From Myxococcales bacterium (lineage in GTDB: Bacteria; Myxococcota_A; Polyangia; Polyangiales; Houyiibacteriaceae): a DNA stretch of 44,183 nucleotides. The position numbers were made by a program, and so were the translations under genes. A model generated the notes under the pieces. The model ran no database searches. It was given only the letters and a program-made list of their open reading frames with translations, and was not told the DNA's origin. Positions 40,850-44,183 of this stretch are shown here, one piece after another (positions within the stretch are counted from its first letter, which is position 1; every line of letters begins with the position of its first letter). The stretch lies in the NCBI GenBank assembly GCA_020351445.1, contig CP070713.1, positions 3,217,654 to 3,261,836 on the forward strand, written 5' to 3'.

Positions 40850-41040
40850 GTGCTCGGCGGGATGGCCGCCATTTGTGCTTTGGGCGATGGCATGAGGCTG
40901 ACCTGATGTGTCGGGGATGCCCGTCTGATCTGCTGGTGAAATGCACGCGGGTTGCCGGTTGCTCGCGTGCTTCCGCTCCATCTGCGGAGCAAGCGGCGGA
41001 GCTCGCGCGGCTCGAGCGCGCTTTACGGGGGGAAATCTGA
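40846..41040 (+). CDS. Small Cys-rich protein
   Basis: 64 aa. GTGA overlap with the SSB stop and TGATG overlap with the recA-like start. HLCFGRWHEADLMCRGCPSDLLVKC. Confidence 0.4.
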   Translation: MSARRDGRHLCFGRWHEADLMCRGCPSDLLVKCTRVAGCSRASAPSAEQAAELARLERALRGEI

Positions 41041-42212
41041 TGGCCAAGGCACGGTCAAAGAAAAAAGCCCCGAAAAAGGGCCCGAAAAAGTCTCGGAGCC
41101 CGGTGTCTAGTAGCAAGACACGGCGCACACCGAAAGTGAAATCTGATCCGGTGGCTGAGTATCGGGCCACGCTGGAAAAGCAGGGTATCGCAAAGGTGGT
41201 CCACCTGAGCAATGATGAGGCCCTGCCCAATATCCGTGGGCGAATTTCCACGCAATCGCTGTCCCTTGATTGTGTGCTTCGCGGTGATCAGGATCCACCG
41301 GACTGGGCTGGCGGTTTGCCGATGGGCCGGATCACGGAAATTTTCGGGCCGCCGTTTATTGGGAAATCAACATTGCTTGATCACGTTTTTGGCAGCGTGC
41401 AGCGTATGGGCGGCATTGCTGTGCTTGCTGACACGGAGGTTTCTCGGGATCGGCATTACACGGAGCGGCTGGGCGTTGATTTGAAGCGTCTGATTTACCT
41501 GGAATTTGAGCGCGGTGAAAGCACGATCGAGAATGTGATCCGAGCGGCTTACGTCTCAATTGACTTCTGGGCCAGCCACTATCCGGGTTTGCCGGTGGTC
41601 ATTGGATGGGATGCGCTTGGTGGGACAGCGACGCAGGACGAATGGAATAAGGGGATCCAGAATGAGGCATCCACCAAGCCCGGGGCTGCTGCGAAAGCGA
41701 TGCACCAGGCAACGCGCCAGCTAGCCCCGCGGCTTGGTGGGACGCATATCTGCTTTGTCATAGCGAATCATGAATACGAAATGATCAACACCACGCCGGG
41801 AAGGTTCGGCAAACGTCGCGAAACTTACGGGGGCAGCGGCGTGCGACATGCAGGGAGTGTGCGGATCCAGCTGCATAGCAATGGGAATCTGATCAAGCGA
41901 AGCGATGGGCGTGTGCTGGGGCGTGAGGTGGTGGCCCGAACGGTGAAAAATAGGCTCGGCGAGACTCATATTGAGGCCGTGGTGCCGATAATCACGGGCG
42001 CTGGCGTCGACAATACCTATACCCTTTATCAGGATCTGAAAAAGGCCGGTGTGCTGGTGGTCAACGGATCCTGGGCGCAGATCAACCTGGACGGGGAGAT
42101 CCTTTCTTTTCAGGGATGGATGGGATTGCGCGCGAAATGCTCTGAGGACGGCACCCTTTTCGATCGCCTATGCAGTGTGTGGAGGGAACACTGTGCCCGT
42201 CTATACCTATGA
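41040..42212 (+). CDS. recA: RecA/UvsX-family recombinase with a Lys-rich N-terminal extension
   Basis: ISTQSLSLDCVL...GGLPMGRITEIFGPPFIGKSTLLDH parallels RecA [35 protein letters not shown]. The N-terminal 37 aa are MAKARSKKKAPKKGPKKSRSPVSSSKTRRTPKVKSDP. Confidence 0.85.
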   Translation: MAKARSKKKAPKKGPKKSRSPVSSSKTRRTPKVKSDPVAEYRATLEKQGIAKVVHLSNDEALPNIRGRISTQSLSLDCVLRGDQDPPDWAGGLPMGRITEIFGPPFIGKSTLLDHVFGSVQRMGGIAVLADTEVSRDRHYTERLGVDLKRLIYLEFERGESTIENVIRAAYVSIDFWASHYPGLPVVIGWDALGGTATQDEWNKGIQNEASTKPGAAAKAMHQATRQLAPRLGGTHICFVIANHEYEMINTTPGRFGKRRETYGGSGVRHAGSVRIQLHSNGNLIKRSDGRVLGREVVARTVKNRLGETHIEAVVPIITGAGVDNTYTLYQDLKKAGVLVVNGSWAQINLDGEILSFQGWMGLRAKCSEDGTLFDRLCSVWREHCARLYL

Positions 42213-42429
42213 CTGCGACAATTGTACGCGCGTTGTTGACGTGATCGTGTCCTATGCTGATCGGGATGGGAGGCATTTGTGCTCTGTCTGCAAGGGGGAC
42301 TTGATTCGCCGCGGTGTGTCCGGTTTCCGGTTGGGGAAACCCCGGTATCAGATGGCCGCGGTTTTGCCAAATGGGGACCACATACCGGGCCATTTCGGAA
42401 AGGACGCTAGCCGTAGGCGGAAAAAGTGA
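42193..42429 (+). CDS. FmdB-type CxxC...CxxC zinc-ribbon protein
   Basis: GTG start. VPVYTYDCDNCTRVVDV...HLCSVCKGDLIRR matches the MP.YEY.C..CG..FE....C P.CG pattern. Confidence 0.55.
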   Translation: MPVYTYDCDNCTRVVDVIVSYADRDGRHLCSVCKGDLIRRGVSGFRLGKPRYQMAAVLPNGDHIPGHFGKDASRRRKK

Positions 42430-42701
42430 TGCGCGGGCAATGGCGGGCGTTGCACACGCAATATCGGACGGCGCGTGGAAACCTGGTGCGCTATGACCCG
42501 AGGACACATTGTGTGCAGATCACGTTGCCGCAGTATCATGCGGACGCTTCATATGAAATTCCCCTGGCCCGGATTACTACGGCGAGCGACTTCTGCGACT
42601 GGGCGGATCATCTGTTGGAAAAGGCCTGGATTGACGCTGAATTGATGGGTGCGATCATCATTTCGATTGATGACGCAATCGGTTTGCGGGGGCTTCAATG
42701 A
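42426..42701 (+). CDS. Hypothetical protein
   Basis: About 90 aa (GTG 42426 or ATG 42429). Coupled on both sides. Confidence 0.5.
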   Translation: MMRGQWRALHTQYRTARGNLVRYDPRTHCVQITLPQYHADASYEIPLARITTASDFCDWADHLLEKAWIDAELMGAIIISIDDAIGLRGLQ

Positions 42702-43693
42702 TCATTTTTTCGGATCTTCATTTGAGGGAATCATCGGCTGAGACGGTGCTCGGGGAGGTACTGCCCGGGATACTTGCTGCAGCAAAGGAGCACGGTCAAA
42801 GCGACGTGGCGTGTCTCGGCGACGTGCTGCATTTCCGCTATCGCGTGGACGCTCGGATCTTGAATGCGCTTCTAGACGAGCTCCAAGCGTGGCGTGCGGC
42901 CGGGCTCAGGCTGCACATTCTGCCGGGCAACCATGATCAATACCAGGTGGACGGGCGCAACGCGTTGGAGGTTTTTGACGAGCTCCCGCACGTGTCCGTC
43001 TACAGCAAGCCCTACGCGAACGAGTGGGGATACTGGGTGCCTTATCGCAAGGATCTGCAGGCGGTCGCTGCTGCCTTGCGTTTTGAGCCGGATCAGCGTG
43101 TGCCGCGGATCCTATTCACGCACCTGCCTATCCAAGGCGCCACGATGAATGATCACAAGGTCGACACTACGGGTGTCCCGTGTGAGCAGGTGGCGAAGTG
43201 GGATGTTGTTTTCAGCGGGCATTACCACAAGCGGCAAGCGCTCCGCCGTGCGGTTTGGTACGTCGGCAGCCCGTATCAGACGCGAGCCGATGAAAGCGGC
43301 CAGGAAAAGGGCTATGCGATCTGGGAACCGAAAACACAGCGCGTAGGGTGGATCAACACTGACTGGGGCCCGAAATACCACCGGGTGACGGTGCAGGCGG
43401 GTCAACCGGTGGACGTGCAGGGGATAGGGCCGCGGGATCAGGTACGCGTCCGCGTGACGGGGTGCGGCTCCGAGGCCCACGCGGAGCGCGTCTACCAGCA
43501 ATTGAGTCTGGCAGGCATCGGCGGGCCTGTGACCGTGACGCCCGAGCTCGAGCACGCGGAGGCGCGGCTTGACGTGCAAGACGGCGCCGGGATGGCAGAC
43601 TACGTGCGCGCCTATGTCGACAACCACGCCGGGGAGCTCCCCCAGCCGGGGTTGCTGGATGTGTTCCGAGACATAACGGGGGTGCAGCTGTGA
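42698..43693 (+). CDS. sbcD: Mre11/SbcD-family nuclease (T4 gp47-like)
   Basis: Metallophosphoesterase motifs IIFSDLHL, CLGDVLHF, LPGNHDQ and SGHYHKRQ. Confidence 0.85.
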   Translation: MIIFSDLHLRESSAETVLGEVLPGILAAAKEHGQSDVACLGDVLHFRYRVDARILNALLDELQAWRAAGLRLHILPGNHDQYQVDGRNALEVFDELPHVSVYSKPYANEWGYWVPYRKDLQAVAAALRFEPDQRVPRILFTHLPIQGATMNDHKVDTTGVPCEQVAKWDVVFSGHYHKRQALRRAVWYVGSPYQTRADESGQEKGYAIWEPKTQRVGWINTDWGPKYHRVTVQAGQPVDVQGIGPRDQVRVRVTGCGSEAHAERVYQQLSLAGIGGPVTVTPELEHAEARLDVQDGAGMADYVRAYVDNHAGELPQPGLLDVFRDITGVQL

Positions 43694-44183
43694 AAGTCCA
43701 GGGTGTCACGATCGAGAATTATGGCAGCTATCACGGCCGCCATGTGGTCAAATTGCGGGATCAAGGCCTGGTGCTTGTGCTTGGCGACAATCGGGACGAG
43801 CCCCGGATGAGTAGCAACGGAGCCGCCAAGAGCTCTATTTTCGAGGCGCTGGATTGGTGCCTTTTCGGCGTGGTGCCGAAGGGCGATCACGTGGACAGCG
43901 TGATCAATGATGAGAGCTCGGCTGTAACCGTTGAGGCATCGTTCCGTGACGAGGATCAGGATCGAACCTTGACGGTTCGGCGAAGTAAGCAGCGCGGAAA
44001 GGCCGCTGAGCTCAAGTATGCCTTAGACGCCACCGACTGTACCACCTTGGACACGCGCGAGACGCAGCGGGCCCTTGAGGCTGAGCTTGGCCTTGATCGG
44101 GACGTTTTCCACGCGGCGGTGTTCTATGCGCAGTCTGACCGGCTGGGCTTCGCTGAGAGCACCGAAGCGCGCCGCATGGAGCT
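43690..44183 (+). CDS. sbcC: Rad50/SbcC-family ATPase (T4 gp46-like), 3'-truncated by the window edge
   Basis: GTGA-coupled GTG start. My translation is VKVQGVTIENYGSYHG...MSSNGAAKSSIFEALDWCLFG (Walker A region). The frame is open to the end of the window. Absent from the ORF track because it has no stop. Confidence 0.8.
   Translation, partial: MKVQGVTIENYGSYHGRHVVKLRDQGLVLVLGDNRDEPRMSSNGAAKSSIFEALDWCLFGVVPKGDHVDSVINDESSAVTVEASFRDEDQDRTLTVRRSKQRGKAAELKYALDATDCTTLDTRETQRALEAELGLDRDVFHAAVFYAQSDRLGFAESTEARRME

Noticed and set aside
1-44183. A prophage boundary, or an integrase, transposase or IS element within the window.
   Set aside because: No recombinase or transposase motifs appear in any frame I read. 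Gene content is continuous phage late and early modules. Apart from the short intra-window duplications already reported (the four-copy 36-bp motif, the 68-aa domain pair in the baseplate genes, and the repeats within the fibre and lipoprotein genes), I saw no repeats of the kind that would flank an insertion.

Overview
This window is a GC-rich ~44 kb stretch of a contractile-tailed (myovirus-type) dsDNA phage or prophage.

**1-26.7 kb, + strand: late operon.** The genes are tightly translationally coupled. In order they are:
- neck proteins, tail sheath and tail tube;
- a tail-assembly chaperone with an apparent +1/-2 programmed frameshift;
- the tape measure;
- the baseplate: hub, OB-fold spike with an HxH tip, a LysM protein, a gpJ-like wedge and two lectin-domain proteins;
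- a 1056-aa fibre built from repeats;
- a membrane-protein cluster that looks like a lysis cassette but has no muralytic enzyme I can recognise.

**26.7-29.2 kb: the only accessory/regulatory zone.** It contains:
- an ORF-free convergent gap;
- a two-gene minus-strand cassette (MazG-like pyrophosphohydrolase plus a glycine-zipper lipoprotein), headed by a tRNA-like 3' fragment;
- a 3 x 11-bp tandem repeat;
- the only strongly AT-rich tract in the window;
- a promoter-like motif followed by ~0.4 kb of structured, ORF-poor sequence and tandem intrinsic terminators.

**29.2-44.2 kb, + strand: early replication/recombination operon.** It encodes a UvsW-like helicase, DnaB-like helicase, T7-type primase, RHH protein, sigma-like protein, family A polymerase, gp32-like SSB, RecA-like recombinase and an Mre11/Rad50-like pair. 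The last gene runs off the window.

**Most notable non-obvious signal.** A ~36-bp motif (TGACYC-N16-CGTTAR-ACCAGGTG) occurs four times. It is always on the + strand, always intergenic, and the 16-nt spacing never varies. That geometry resembles an ECF-type promoter, and this segment encodes its own sigma-like protein.

I saw no rRNA, canonical tRNA, CRISPR array, transposase or integrase. All functional calls come from motif reading by eye, not from database searches.
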